Shown here: piece after piece, positions 22,828 through 32,705 of the stretch | How the letters are laid out: each line of letters opens with the position of its first letter | Position numbering within the stretch: position 1 is the stretch's first letter | DNA from: Alphaproteobacteria bacterium | Lineage (GTDB): Bacteria > Pseudomonadota > Alphaproteobacteria > Rhodospirillales > Rhodospirillaceae | DNA length: 52,819 bases | Assembly: GCA_046269335.1 (NCBI GenBank) | Contig: JBKACM010000001.1 | Location: forward strand, 1 to 52,819 | Direction: 5' to 3' | Notes under the pieces: generated by a model | The model's input: the letters and a program-made list of their open reading frames with translations, nothing else | Database searches by the model: none | Told to the model about the DNA's origin: nothing | Made by a program: the position numbers and the translations under genes

Positions 22828-24289
22828 TCCGGTTCACCCTGACGAAAGGATATGGGTCCTGGGGCTTTCCATTCACGTGAACCTCGTAGTGAAGATGCGG
22901 TCCCGTGCTTCGGCCCGTACTACCCAACAGGCCTATCTTCATCCCAGTCTCCACTTTCTGTCCCTTGGTGACCAGTGCTTTATGCAAATGCCCGTACAGG
23001 GTTGAAAAACCCTGGCCATGGTCGATGACCACGGTCCTGCCATAACGGTCCCGCCAGCCAACAAAAACCACCACGCCGGGAGAGGTGCTGCGGACAGGCG
23101 TCCCCAGAGGAGCGGCCAGATCCAACCCATCATGACGAGCGGGATTGCCATTGATCGGGTCTTCGCGCGTACCGAAAAAACTGCTGAACTGATAGTGGTC
23201 AACAGGCGACCCGACAGGCAGCCGACGCGCTACCTCCTGCAACCTGTCCACACGGCCCACGTTGACATTCAGCGCCGCCAGAGTCGCACGAAGCTTGCGG
23301 TTGGAAAGGTTCGCCGTCTCCGCCGGGATGTACGGCCCACCCTGTCCCGCCGGGGCCGCGCTGCGGGAGGTAAGCCTCGCGACATCGATTCCCATCCCGC
23401 CAAGGGTCCTCTCGATTTCGCAAACCCCGCCACCCGCCAGCCTGCTGAACTTCTCCACCAGGGCAACGTTGGCATTCTCCATGGTCGCGACGCGGCCACG
23501 AAGAACCCCTACCTGCTCGCTCAGATGATTGCGCTCACTGGAAACCAGGTCCCGTTGCAGCCGCAGACCGACCGCATCCGCATCGGCACCGGCCTGTCCT
23601 CCAAGCGTGGTGCGCTGATGTCCCGCCAGCGCGGCAACCTGGAGATCGAAACGCTGCACGGTGCTGGCAAGCTGCTCCCCCAACTGGGCCCTCTCCCGCA
23701 AGGCCCTCTCTCCCTCCGACGCGATCAGAGAATGGGAGACTTCCCGTTCGGCACGCTCGGAGGACTCTCCGTCCCCCTGCGCCAAAGACGCGGACTTGAT
23801 CCGTTCCACCAGCCGCTGCACCCTGGCCGCGATCTTATCCCGAACGGCGGCACCACCGCGGATGGCGACGCCGCCGCTTTCGAACTGCGCCTCAATTCGC
23901 GCCAGATGCTCCTCCACCGAAGCCTCGCCGACCCCGAGACCGACGATATACTGATGGTTCTGCTCCAAACCCGAGGCGATGGTGTTCAATTCGTCCTTGT
24001 TCCTGGACATCTGCTCGACAAATACCTGGTAAGAGGCCTCGGTCGCGGCGAGCCTGCGTTCGATATCCCGCAACGACCTCCCCTCCAGGAAAACCGCGAA
24101 CGTCGAGAGGCCGGCCCAAAGCATCAAAAACGCGAAAATCGACAATCCAACAAGCTGACGTTCGCTGGAGATGCGGAAGAAGGAAACCCTGGCGTCACAA
24201 CGAACCGTCACCACCCGGGGCGGGAAAAGACGCCCGACAATCTCCCCAAACCGCGAGCGGTCCCTCTTGCTCGGATCGAACTGCCGCAT
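22811..24289 (-). CDS. bitopic M23 (LytM-domain) peptidase with long coiled-coil linker (LmdC-like)
   Basis: 492 aa, built as a cytoplasmic tail, one TM helix (LVGLSIFAFLMLWAGLSTFAVFL), about 250 aa of coiled coil and a C-terminal M23 domain (HDGLDLAAPLGTPV ... VIDHGQGFSTLYGHL ... GSTGRSTGPHLHYEV). It overlaps the bactofilin start by 17 nt. GGAGGTGGGGGG lies upstream of the ATG. Confidence 0.9.
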   Translation of the reverse strand: MRQFDPSKRDRSRFGEIVGRLFPPRVVTVRCDARVSFFRISSERQLVGLSIFAFLMLWAGLSTFAVFLEGRSLRDIERRLAATEASYQVFVEQMSRNKDELNTIASGLEQNHQYIVGLGVGEASVEEHLARIEAQFESGGVAIRGGAAVRDKIAARVQRLVERIKSASLAQGDGESSERAEREVSHSLIASEGERALRERAQLGEQLASTVQRFDLQVAALAGHQRTTLGGQAGADADAVGLRLQRDLVSSERNHLSEQVGVLRGRVATMENANVALVEKFSRLAGGGVCEIERTLGGMGIDVARLTSRSAAPAGQGGPYIPAETANLSNRKLRATLAALNVNVGRVDRLQEVARRLPVGSPVDHYQFSSFFGTREDPINGNPARHDGLDLAAPLGTPVRSTSPGVVVFVGWRDRYGRTVVIDHGQGFSTLYGHLHKALVTKGQKVETGMKIGLLGSTGRSTGPHLHYEVHVNGKPQDPYPFVRVNRNVFKG

Positions 24290-24782
24290 ATCCCCCCACC
24301 TCCCCCACGACCGGGTCCCTCGAACTTACGCCGGAGCCCAAATCCGCACGGTGCCCCGGCACTCCAGGTCCGCCCTGCCCCCCCACACGTTCTCCGGTGC
24401 AACACAAGAAAAGCGCACCCACTCTCGCGCCAGTCCCACCGGTAGTAGGAACGACACCCTCTCCCACGGTATCGCCAGCCCCCCCCCCTTTTCAAGAAAG
24501 TTATTTTATCTCGGACATGTGCCGCTTTTCTGAGAATGAATCGCATCAACGAAACATCCCCAACCACAATTCAAACTCAGGAGAGGTGTGTCTTTTTGGC
24601 CTACAGGGTTAGAATTTCGATGTTTTCCATTGATGCGGCCTTGACTGGCGCATTGCGGCCACAGGTGATCCTTTCGTATTCTCAGCATGCCGAATCCTCC
24701 CCCCATTTCCCGGCACAAGGGTGTCTCCTTCCGATTTTGTTTCCGAGTCGCGCCTTGAAAACCAACACGTTGGAGAATCCGG

Positions 24783-25268
24783 ATGACCGATGAAACCACA
24801 TCCCGCCCCCCCGACGTTCTGGAATTCGTCGTCACCTGGTTCGGAAGCGGGCTTCTGCCGCACATTCCGGGAACCTGGGGGTCTCTGGCGGCACTTCCTT
24901 TCGCCTGGATTCTGGCGACCGTCACGGGTCGCCCGACCCTTGCGATAATGGCCGGTGCCCTGTTCCTTCTGGGATGGTGGGCATCGGATCGTTACGCCGG
25001 AAGATGCGGCGAGCCGGATCCGGGCCGTGTCGTCATCGACGAGGTGGTTGGGCAATGGCTGACCCTGTTGGCGACGCCGCCGGAACCCGTGGGCTACGCC
25101 CTCGGATTCCTGTTGTTCCGTATCGCCGACATCCTCAAACCCTGGCCGGTATCCTGGGCCGACCGCAAGGTGAAGGGCGGACTTGGGATCATGCTCGACG
25201 ATGTTCTGGCCGCAGGATATGCCGCCCTGGTTCTGCACCTCGTCCTTGGAACGGGAGTCCTGCCATGA
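24783..25268 (+). CDS. pgpA: phosphatidylglycerophosphatase A
   Basis: 161 aa with the PgpA motifs ([55 protein letters not shown]). Confidence 0.9.
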   Translation: MTDETTSRPPDVLEFVVTWFGSGLLPHIPGTWGSLAALPFAWILATVTGRPTLAIMAGALFLLGWWASDRYAGRCGEPDPGRVVIDEVVGQWLTLLATPPEPVGYALGFLLFRIADILKPWPVSWADRKVKGGLGIMLDDVLAAGYAALVLHLVLGTGVLP

Positions 25269-25768
25269 CCCTGCCGGATACCCTGCTGCACCCTGCCTCA
25301 AGGCTGCTGGAAATCTGCGCCGACGCCAGCCTTACCCTCGCTGTGGCGGAGTCCTGCACCGGAGGCATGATCTCCGCCTGCCTGACGGCGATCCCTGGCA
25401 GCTCCCGCGTCGTCGATCGGGGCTTCGTCACCTATTCCAACGCTGCCAAGACGGAAATGCTGGGAGTCCCGGAGCCTCTGCTGCAAGCCCACGGCGCGGT
25501 CAGCGAAGCGGTTGCCCGAGCCATGGTGGAAGGGATCCTTCGGGTCTGCCCGGTCAATCTCGCCCTTTCCGTGACCGGCATCGCCGGCCCCGATGGTGGC
25601 AGTGAGAACAAACCGGTGGGACTGGTGCATATGGCGGCCTGCCTGCGGCAGCAAACGCCCCTCCACCGACGTTTCCTGTTCCCAGGCGATCGTACCGCCG
25701 TGCGCGAGGCGGCAGCCCTGGAAGTCATGACCCTTGCCATCCGCCTTTTGGAACGGTCCACGGCCTGA
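25265..25768 (+). CDS. pncC: CinA-family nicotinamide-nucleotide amidohydrolase domain protein
   Basis: The true start is the ATG at 25265, overlapping the pgpA stop (ATGA). The 167-aa product has the CinA C-terminal domain signature [14 protein letters not shown] ... GFVTYSN ... [10 protein letters not shown] ... KPVGLV. Confidence 0.88.
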   Translation: MTLPDTLLHPASRLLEICADASLTLAVAESCTGGMISACLTAIPGSSRVVDRGFVTYSNAAKTEMLGVPEPLLQAHGAVSEAVARAMVEGILRVCPVNLALSVTGIAGPDGGSENKPVGLVHMAACLRQQTPLHRRFLFPGDRTAVREAAALEVMTLAIRLLERSTA

Positions 25769-25770
25769 CC

Positions 25771-26238
25771 TCAACCACCCGGGCGCAATACCCCCGGGCG
25801 GCCATCCGGGCCGTACAGGTGCTGTGCCCTCTTTTCGAACGACGAAACCATAAGACGCACTGCCTCGTTGAACAGCGTCCCCATGATCTTTTGCAAGATC
25901 TTGGAGTGAAACTCGAAATCCACGAAAAAATCGATCAGCGTCCCCCCGTCCGGGAGCGGCTCGAACACCCAGTGGTTGTTCAGATACTTGAACGGGCCAT
26001 CGGAATAGGTAACGTGGATCTTGTTCGGCCTTTGCATCTCGACGCGAGAGGTAAACTTCTCCCGAACCATCTTGAATCCGACCATCAGATCCGCGACCAC
26101 CACATTTCCGTCGCGCCGCCGGATTCTGGCGGCCGTAATCCATGGCAGGAAATCGGGATAACGCTCGATGTTCGCCACCATGTCGAACATCTGTTCCTGC
26201 GTATACGGCATCGGCCGTTTCTCGGCATGTGTCGGCAT
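25771..26238 (-). CDS. SRPBCC/START-fold protein (RatA / COQ10-like)
   Basis: 155 aa counted from the ATG at 26238 (MPTHAEKRPMPYTQEQMFDMVANIERYPDFLPW...), lying 4 nt downstream of lipA as in many alphaproteobacteria. Confidence 0.82.
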   Translation of the reverse strand: MPTHAEKRPMPYTQEQMFDMVANIERYPDFLPWITAARIRRRDGNVVVADLMVGFKMVREKFTSRVEMQRPNKIHVTYSDGPFKYLNNHWVFEPLPDGGTLIDFFVDFEFHSKILQKIMGTLFNEAVRLMVSSFEKRAQHLYGPDGRPGVLRPGG

Positions 26239-26242
26239 GACT

Positions 26243-27187
26243 CTAATCGTCCGAGAAAGGAAGCGGTCGTGTGGCCCGCAGGGCCGCAAAGTCACGATCG
26301 GCATGGTAAGAGGAGCGGGTCAACGGCGACGCCGCCACCAGCAGGAACCCCTTGGCCCGTGCCAGGGAGGCCAGTTCGCCGAACTCTTCAGGGGACACGA
26401 AACGCTCCACGGCGGCATGTTTCTGGGTCGGTTGCAGGTACTGGCCGATCGTGAGGAAATCTACACCGGCCGCGCGCAGATCTTCCATGACTTGTATCAT
26501 CTCCACCCTCGTTTCCCCAAGCCCGACCATCAGGCCGGATTTGGTGAACAGGTCTGGCCGGTGTTCCCTGGCCTCCTGGAGAAGTCGCAGGCTGGTGAAA
26601 TACCGGGCACCGGGCCGGATAGTCGGGTAAAGCCTCGGCACGGTCTCCAGATTGTGGTTGAACACGTCGGGCCCGGCCGCGACAACCGTCGCCAGGGCTC
26701 CGGGCCTGTCGCGGAAATCGGGTGTGAGGACTTCGATGGTCGTGGCGGGAGAACCCTGGCGGACGGCTGAAATGGCCGCGGCAAAGTGGGCCGCACCTCC
26801 ATCAGGCAAGTCGTCCCGGTTCACGGAGGTCAGGACCACGTGACGCAACCCGAGCCGGGCCACGCTTGCCGCGACCCTGGCCGGCTCATCCGGGTCCGGG
26901 GGACGGGAGGGCGTGCCGGTCCTGACGTTGCAGAAGGCACAGCCCCGCGTACAGACGTCCCCCAACAGCAGAAAGGCGGCGTGACGCCGCTGCCAGCACT
27001 CGGCCAGATTGGGACAGTTGGCTTCCTCGCACACCGTATGAAGCTGGCCCTCACGAAGAAGCGACCTCACCTCGCCGGCGGCAGACGATACGGGAGCCCG
27101 CACCCGTATCCAGTCAGGTTTCCGTGGCGACGGCCGATCCGGGCGGCCTGCCTTTTCAGGGTGTCGAACGTCGGGTGTCTCTGGCAT
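26243..27187 (-). CDS. lipA: lipoyl synthase
   Basis: 314 aa counted from the ATG at 27187 ([13 protein letters not shown]...[10 protein letters not shown]). It has the auxiliary cluster [12 protein letters not shown] and the radical-SAM motif CTRGCAFC. The longer tracked ORF is an N-terminal over-extension. Confidence 0.95.
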   Translation of the reverse strand: MPETPDVRHPEKAGRPDRPSPRKPDWIRVRAPVSSAAGEVRSLLREGQLHTVCEEANCPNLAECWQRRHAAFLLLGDVCTRGCAFCNVRTGTPSRPPDPDEPARVAASVARLGLRHVVLTSVNRDDLPDGGAAHFAAAISAVRQGSPATTIEVLTPDFRDRPGALATVVAAGPDVFNHNLETVPRLYPTIRPGARYFTSLRLLQEAREHRPDLFTKSGLMVGLGETRVEMIQVMEDLRAAGVDFLTIGQYLQPTQKHAAVERFVSPEEFGELASLARAKGFLLVAASPLTRSSYHADRDFAALRATRPLPFSDD

Positions 27188-27266
27188 GAGGTACAATTGA
27201 CCCCTGGCGGGCCACACGTCAAGAACCAGCCTGAGCGTGGCCGACGGTGTGCGGCACCACGGATCG

Positions 27267-27584
27267 CTACAGATTGTGCCCCAGGACCACGACCTCGCTG
27301 GGACGGCCAAGGTCCAGAACGGCCCTGGCCTGCTCCTCCAGAAGATCCGGATCCAGGCTCTCCGGACGCAGGAGCCGGACCCGCCGCTCCAGGGCTGCCT
27401 GCTGGGCATTCACCTGGGCCAAACGCGACTCCGCCTGCTGGATTTCATGGCGAAATTCCCACCAAGCCAACAGACCCCGCTCCCCCTGGACGGCGTGGTA
27501 ACAGAAATAGGCAACCGCACCCATTCCAAAGAGAGTGGTCAATATATATCGGGCCCGTCGCCTGACTTCGCGGATAATCGTCAT
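27267..27584 (-). CDS. ftsB: septum formation initiator (FtsB/DivIC family)
   Basis: 105 aa counted from the ATG at 27584. It has an N-terminal TM helix ([16 protein letters not shown]), a coiled coil and the conserved tail [16 protein letters not shown]. Confidence 0.82.
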   Translation of the reverse strand: MTIIREVRRRARYILTTLFGMGAVAYFCYHAVQGERGLLAWWEFRHEIQQAESRLAQVNAQQAALERRVRLLRPESLDPDLLEEQARAVLDLGRPSEVVVLGHNL

Positions 27585-27680
27585 TTCGAAAGTGAAACAC
27601 ACACCGGATTTCGTGTCAAGAACAAGAAACACGATGATTTCACTAGCGAAACAGGATTTCCTGGGGCACTATATTTTGCG

Positions 27681-28889
27681 TTATCTGCCAACGGTACTAC
27701 AAGATCGAGACGCCATGATCTCCAACACCACTCTGGCGGCCCTGGTGCTGGGGGCCTCCTCCCCTCCTCCCAATCTTGTCATAGCTTCCGCCATTCCTTC
27801 CCGCTGCTTCTCCCGCGTCGCCGGGTCGTCCAGCAGCACCGACAACGCCTCCGCCAGCCGGCCGGGCTGGCAATCGGCCTGCAAAAACTCCGCTACCACC
27901 AGCCTATCTACTAGTAGATTCACCAGATTGACATATTTCAAGGTGGTGAGTCTGCGGAACAACCAGACCGAAACCGGGGACGCCCGATAGGCAATCACGT
28001 TGGGCAACCCGGCCTGGGCCAACTCCAATGCCACGGTTCCGGATGCCGCCAGCGCGACATCGGCGGCAGCGAAGGCGTCAAACTTCTCCTCGGCACCCCG
28101 CACGACCGTCGCCGGAACCGGCCAGCGCCAGACATGATCCGAAACGATTTCGGCAACATTGGCCACCGTCGGTACGATGATATGAAGCCCCGGGTAACGC
28201 TCTCGAAGAAGGAGGGCACACTGTTCGAAGATCGGCAACAGGCGCGTGACCTCATTACGACGGCTCCCGGGGAGAAAACAGAGGATCGGCGATGAGGCTC
28301 CGATTCCATGACGAACCCTGAAGGCGGCACCATCAGCCTGTCGCTCCCCCGTCTCGATCACCGGATGCCCGACATGAGTGGTGGGAAGCCCTGCGGCAAG
28401 GAAATAGGGTGGCTCGTTCGGCAGCAACGTCATCAGGTGATCCAGGCACGCGGCCAGGTGAAAAGCGCGGCGGGGACGCCAGGCCCACACCATCGGCGCG
28501 ACATAATGGATCTGGGGCACGGACCATCCCCCTGAATTCCGCTCCTCCCGAAGGGCCCGGTTTACTCGACCAGTAAAGCCCCAGGAATCGATGCTCACCA
28601 CCGCCTGGGGCCGCAAGGACCGGATCGCCGTCACGGTCTCCCGCAACCGCCGAAGAATTCGTGGCAGGCGGGGCAGAACCTCCAGGAACCCCATCACGGC
28701 CAGATCTTCCAGAGGAAACAGGGTTACCAGCCCCTCCGCCGCCATGTTCTCTCCACCGATTCCGGCAAAGCGAACCCTTCCACCGGTCTCCCGGCGCAGG
28801 GCCGCCATCAGCCGCCCCCCCAGCAGATCGCCCGAGGGCTCCCCGGCAATGAGAAAAATCAGGGGGGCGCTCGTGGTCGTCGGGCTCAA
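27681..28889 (-). CDS. lpxB: lipid-A-disaccharide synthase
   Basis: 402 aa with the N-terminus LIFLIAGEPSGDLLGGRLM and glycosyltransferase family 19 architecture. It sits at the end of the lpx cluster. Confidence 0.93.
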   Translation of the reverse strand: MSPTTTSAPLIFLIAGEPSGDLLGGRLMAALRRETGGRVRFAGIGGENMAAEGLVTLFPLEDLAVMGFLEVLPRLPRILRRLRETVTAIRSLRPQAVVSIDSWGFTGRVNRALREERNSGGWSVPQIHYVAPMVWAWRPRRAFHLAACLDHLMTLLPNEPPYFLAAGLPTTHVGHPVIETGERQADGAAFRVRHGIGASSPILCFLPGSRRNEVTRLLPIFEQCALLLRERYPGLHIIVPTVANVAEIVSDHVWRWPVPATVVRGAEEKFDAFAAADVALAASGTVALELAQAGLPNVIAYRASPVSVWLFRRLTTLKYVNLVNLLVDRLVVAEFLQADCQPGRLAEALSVLLDDPATREKQREGMAEAMTRLGGGEEAPSTRAARVVLEIMASRSCSTVGR

Positions 28890-29719
28890 GGGGGAGACTC
28901 CGCGGATGGGGCAATGCCGATCACGAACAGACCCAGGGCGTCGGCCCGCCTCGCGACCTCCACGGCATCCACCACGATCGCCCCCCCCGCCTCCACGGCG
29001 ATCCCGCGAAGCCCGGCGGTGGCGGCCTGTTCCACCGTCCTGACGCCGATAGTCGGCAGGTCGACCCGCCGCTCCTGTCCAGGTTTTCTGAGTTTCACCA
29101 GAACCCCGCCTGGCCCCTCCCTGGCAAGGTCACGGCATCTCGCGAGCATGGCATCGGTACCCTCGACAGCCTCCACCGCCAGGACGATACCCTGTTGCAC
29201 CACCGCTCCCTGGCCGACGTCCAGACTCCCCAGTCCTCGGACGACGGCAATTCCGCGTTCGATATCGCCGCGAGCTAGCGCATCGGGAAGAAGAGCCCCA
29301 TAGGGCCCCTCAATGGCCAGCAGGCTGGAAAGGATTTCCTCAACACCAAGAACGTGAAACCCTTCCTTTTCCAGCTCCCGAAGGACGGCTTTCAGCAGGC
29401 CATCGTCCCCCAGGGACTTCATGCCGACCCTTGCCAGGAATCCCGCCGTCCACAGGTCCGGGCGCATCTCGAACAGACCTGGCCGGCGCACGGCACCGAC
29501 CAGAACCAGATCCACGATCCCCTGCTCCCGCAGCCATCGGATGCCGGTCCCGGCCGCCCCCAGGCGTATCCACACATGGGGAACCTCCCGCACCATGGCC
29601 GGGTCGGCATATCCTTCCAGAGCGACGACGAACAACGGCCTTCCATTGGCCCGACAAGCCGCCACCACCATGGCCGGCAAATGCCCGGAACCGGCGATGA
29701 GCCCAAGCTTTCTCGCCAT
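28886..29719 (-). CDS. lpxI: UDP-2,3-diacylglucosamine pyrophosphatase LpxI (DUF1009)
   Basis: 277 aa lying between lpxA and lpxB, as is characteristic of alphaproteobacteria that lack lpxH. It has the motifs LGLIAGSGHLP and LDVGQGAVV. Confidence 0.88.
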   Translation of the reverse strand: MARKLGLIAGSGHLPAMVVAACRANGRPLFVVALEGYADPAMVREVPHVWIRLGAAGTGIRWLREQGIVDLVLVGAVRRPGLFEMRPDLWTAGFLARVGMKSLGDDGLLKAVLRELEKEGFHVLGVEEILSSLLAIEGPYGALLPDALARGDIERGIAVVRGLGSLDVGQGAVVQQGIVLAVEAVEGTDAMLARCRDLAREGPGGVLVKLRKPGQERRVDLPTIGVRTVEQAATAGLRGIAVEAGGAIVVDAVEVARRADALGLFVIGIAPSAESPP

Positions 29720-29730
29720 GGGGAGTCACA

Positions 29731-30532
29731 TCACGCGGAAGCGTCCGCCCGAGGCTGGCAGATGGCACGACTGGAATCCCGACGGATAAAGTCGACAATC
29801 TCCATCACGCCGGGATAGGCGGTGAAAAGGTCCGCGACATCGGCGATACGCTCGGCCAAGGTCCCCTCCTGGGCAAACAACAAGCGATAGGCATTGCGCA
29901 GGGCATGAATCTCATCGCGACTGAAATCCCGCCGCTTCAGACCAACGATGTTGAGTCCGGACAGACGTGCCCGATTCCCCATGACCAGACCATAGGGGAT
30001 GACATCGTTCTCCACGCCGGACATGCCGCCCACCATGGCATGCCGCCCGATACGGACGAACTGGTGTACCGCCGACAGCCCCCCCAGGATGGCATAGCTC
30101 CCCACCTCCACATGCCCGGCCAGGGTAGCGTTGTTCACCATGACGACGTGGTCCTGCACCACACAGTCATGAGCGACATGCGCCCCGACCATGAACAGAC
30201 AGTGGTCGCCGACCCGAGTCACCATCCCCCCCCCCCTCGGTACCGGGGTTCATGGTGACGTGCTCGCGGATCACATTGTGGGAGCCAATGATCAGCTCCG
30301 ATGGCTCGCCCTTGTACTTGAGGTCCTGTGGCTGGTGGCCGATGGACGCGAAAGGATAAACCTTCGTGCCCTCCCCGATCCGGGTGCGCCCCTCCACCAC
30401 CACATGGGAAACGAGTTGCACGCCCGCGCCAAGCTCGACGTGCGGACCAACGACGCAGAAGGGACCGATCTCCACCGATTCCGAAAGGTTGGCCGCGGGA
30501 TCGACAATGGCGGTCGGATGAATGCTGGCCAT
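29731..30532 (-). pseudogene. lpxA: acyl-ACP--UDP-GlcNAc O-acyltransferase, reading frame broken by one extra base in a homopolymer
   Basis: Two adjacent ORFs (30167..30532 and 29731..30225) together encode a complete LpxA hexapeptide-repeat protein. The frames switch inside an 11-nt C run (30226-30236, G11 on the coding strand). Removing one G restores ...[20 protein letters not shown]... and an LpxA of roughly 265 aa. Confidence 0.85.
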
Positions 30533-30999
30533 CAGTTATCCACGATCATGGCGGTGTAGGTCGCGTCGGCAACCACCGCATCGTCCACCACGGCCTCTCC
30601 CCGGAATCTCCAGACGTTGCCGCGATTGCGATGCTTGAAGACTTTCAGAAGGAGACGATCTCCAGGGATGACCGGCCGGCGAAACCTGGCCCTCTCGACA
30701 CTCATGAAATAGACGAGTTTTCCCTCGGCCCCCTCGCCCAGAGTCTCCACCACCAGAACGGCGGCGGTCTGGGCCATGGCTTCGACGATCAAAACCCCCG
30801 GCATGATCGGTCGGGAAGGAAAATGACCCTGGAAGTACGGCTCGGCCGCCGACACGTTTTTCACCCCCACGGCGCTGACGTTGGGTATCAGGTCCATCAC
30901 CCGATCAACCATGAGAAAAGGATAGCGATGCGGGATCATCTGCATGACCCGGTTGACATCAAGCACCTTCTGACCCTGCTTTACCGCCGTCGTGTCCAT
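30532..30999 (-). CDS. fabZ: 3-hydroxyacyl-ACP dehydratase
   Basis: 155 aa with canonical FabZ motifs ([33 protein letters not shown]). Confidence 0.96.
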   Translation of the reverse strand: MDTTAVKQGQKVLDVNRVMQMIPHRYPFLMVDRVMDLIPNVSAVGVKNVSAAEPYFQGHFPSRPIMPGVLIVEAMAQTAAVLVVETLGEGAEGKLVYFMSVERARFRRPVIPGDRLLLKVFKHRNRGNVWRFRGEAVVDDAVVADATYTAMIVDN

Positions 31000-31050
31000 A
31001 CGTAGCCCGTCCTCGTAAATCGTAATACCCGTCGCCCCCAGACCAGTCCG

Positions 31051-32076
31051 TCAGGCACCACCCTTCTTCCTGGCCATCTGCTCCAGGAGAGCCATATGTC
31101 GCCAGTGCTCCTTGGCCGGAAACGCCGGACTGCCGGCGACGGTCTCCCCAGCCCCAACATCGCGCATCACGCCTGACTGGGCGGCAATACGCCCCCCCGT
31201 CCCGATGGTCAGATGCCCGGTCAATCCCGCCTGGCCTCCGATGGAAACGAAATCCCCAAGCCTGGTACTGCCGGAAATCCCGACCTGGGCGACGATGACG
31301 CACCCCCGACCCATTTCGACGTTATGCCCAATCTGCACCAGATTATCAATCCGGCACCCGGGCCCGATGACCGTATCCGGCCCGGCACCTCGATCAATGG
31401 TCGAGTTGGCCCCGACCTCCACATCGTCACCGATGATCACCCGTCCTAGCTGGGGCACCTTGATATGGCCATCCCGGCCCATGGCGAAGCCGAACCCGTC
31501 CTGGCCGATACAGGCTCCCGGATAAATCACCACCCGATTCCCGAGAAGGCAATGACTCAAGGTCGCGTTGGCACCAACCACGCAGTCATCGCCCAGAACA
31601 ACGCCGTCTCCCAGGACCGCGTTAGCTCCAATACGGCAGTCCCGACCTATCTCCACCCGGGCCCCGATCACCGCCCCGGGCGCAACGACGACGCGCTCCC
31701 CAAGAACCGCAGAAGGATCGAGCACCGCGCCAGGAGCAATCCCGGAGCCGGAAATCGTCTGGGGATAAAACGCCTGGGCTATCAGAGCATAGGCACGATA
31801 GGGCTCCCTGGACAGCAATAGGGCCATCCCCTGAGGCGCGCGACCGGCCAACGCCGGGTGAACAACGCAGGCCCCCGCACGGCTGGAGGCAAAGACCTCC
31901 ACATAACGCCGGTTGTCCAGAAAGCTGATATCCCGGTCCCCAGCCCGGTCCAAAGGGGCCACGTCCCGGACCTCCCGCCCACCGTCGCTGCCCTCCGCGA
32001 TCTCGGCCCCAGCAATCCGGGCGAGTTCCCCAAGCGCAAACGGACCAGCCAGAGTAAAAAACCGGGGATCAGCCAT
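31051..32076 (-). CDS. lpxD: UDP-3-O-acylglucosamine N-acyltransferase
   Basis: 341 aa. It has the N-terminal uridine-binding domain and left-handed beta-helix hexapeptide repeats, and sits in the conserved position between skp and fabZ. Confidence 0.95.
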   Translation of the reverse strand: MADPRFFTLAGPFALGELARIAGAEIAEGSDGGREVRDVAPLDRAGDRDISFLDNRRYVEVFASSRAGACVVHPALAGRAPQGMALLLSREPYRAYALIAQAFYPQTISGSGIAPGAVLDPSAVLGERVVVAPGAVIGARVEIGRDCRIGANAVLGDGVVLGDDCVVGANATLSHCLLGNRVVIYPGACIGQDGFGFAMGRDGHIKVPQLGRVIIGDDVEVGANSTIDRGAGPDTVIGPGCRIDNLVQIGHNVEMGRGCVIVAQVGISGSTRLGDFVSIGGQAGLTGHLTIGTGGRIAAQSGVMRDVGAGETVAGSPAFPAKEHWRHMALLEQMARKKGGA

Positions 32077-32082
32077 CTCCGC

Positions 32083-32703
32083 CTACTTCCCGGCCGCGGG
32101 TTGCGTCACCTTGCTGGGATCCTCGACGGCAACCTTCGGTATGGCCTTGTTCAGGCGCTCGATCACCCGATCGGTGATGTCATACCTGGGATCGAAGAAC
32201 AGCGCCGAAGTCGCATCCAGAACCAACGTCACCTTCTGCTCGCTGGCAACTTCAATACTCAACTCCAGGACTTTCTTCTGGATCTGTTGCAAGGCAACTC
32301 CCGCAACCTTGTCGAGATTGCGACGGCGCTGTTCCACGGTACGCTGGGTCTCCGCGACCCGCTGGCGAAACTCGTTCTGCTTTTCGGCAAACGCCTCCGA
32401 GGAGACAAGGGTCCGCTGCCGAGCCAATTCCTGGTCGGCATCGTGCAGTTCCTTCTCCACTTTCGCCACTTCGTTCTGGTAGGTGGCGGCATACTGATCC
32501 ACCTGCTTGCGGACCCCCATGCCGGCACTGGACGCCATCACCGCCCGCTGAGCATCGAAAACCGCCAGAACCAGCGGCGGGGGAGCTTCGGCCACCGCGG
32601 TGACCGGGGCCGCGAGCCCAAGGAACAGCGACAGACCCAGGCCGGCGACAGCAACGTACCGGCTGCCACAGCGGCCGGTGCCTGCGGAAAGACGCTTCGT
32701 CAT
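32083..32703 (-). CDS. skp: OmpH/Skp-family periplasmic chaperone
   Basis: 206 aa with a signal peptide and a long charged helical region, lying immediately downstream of bamA. Confidence 0.85.
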   Translation of the reverse strand: MTKRLSAGTGRCGSRYVAVAGLGLSLFLGLAAPVTAVAEAPPPLVLAVFDAQRAVMASSAGMGVRKQVDQYAATYQNEVAKVEKELHDADQELARQRTLVSSEAFAEKQNEFRQRVAETQRTVEQRRRNLDKVAGVALQQIQKKVLELSIEVASEQKVTLVLDATSALFFDPRYDITDRVIERLNKAIPKVAVEDPSKVTQPAAGK

Positions 32704-32705
32704 CC

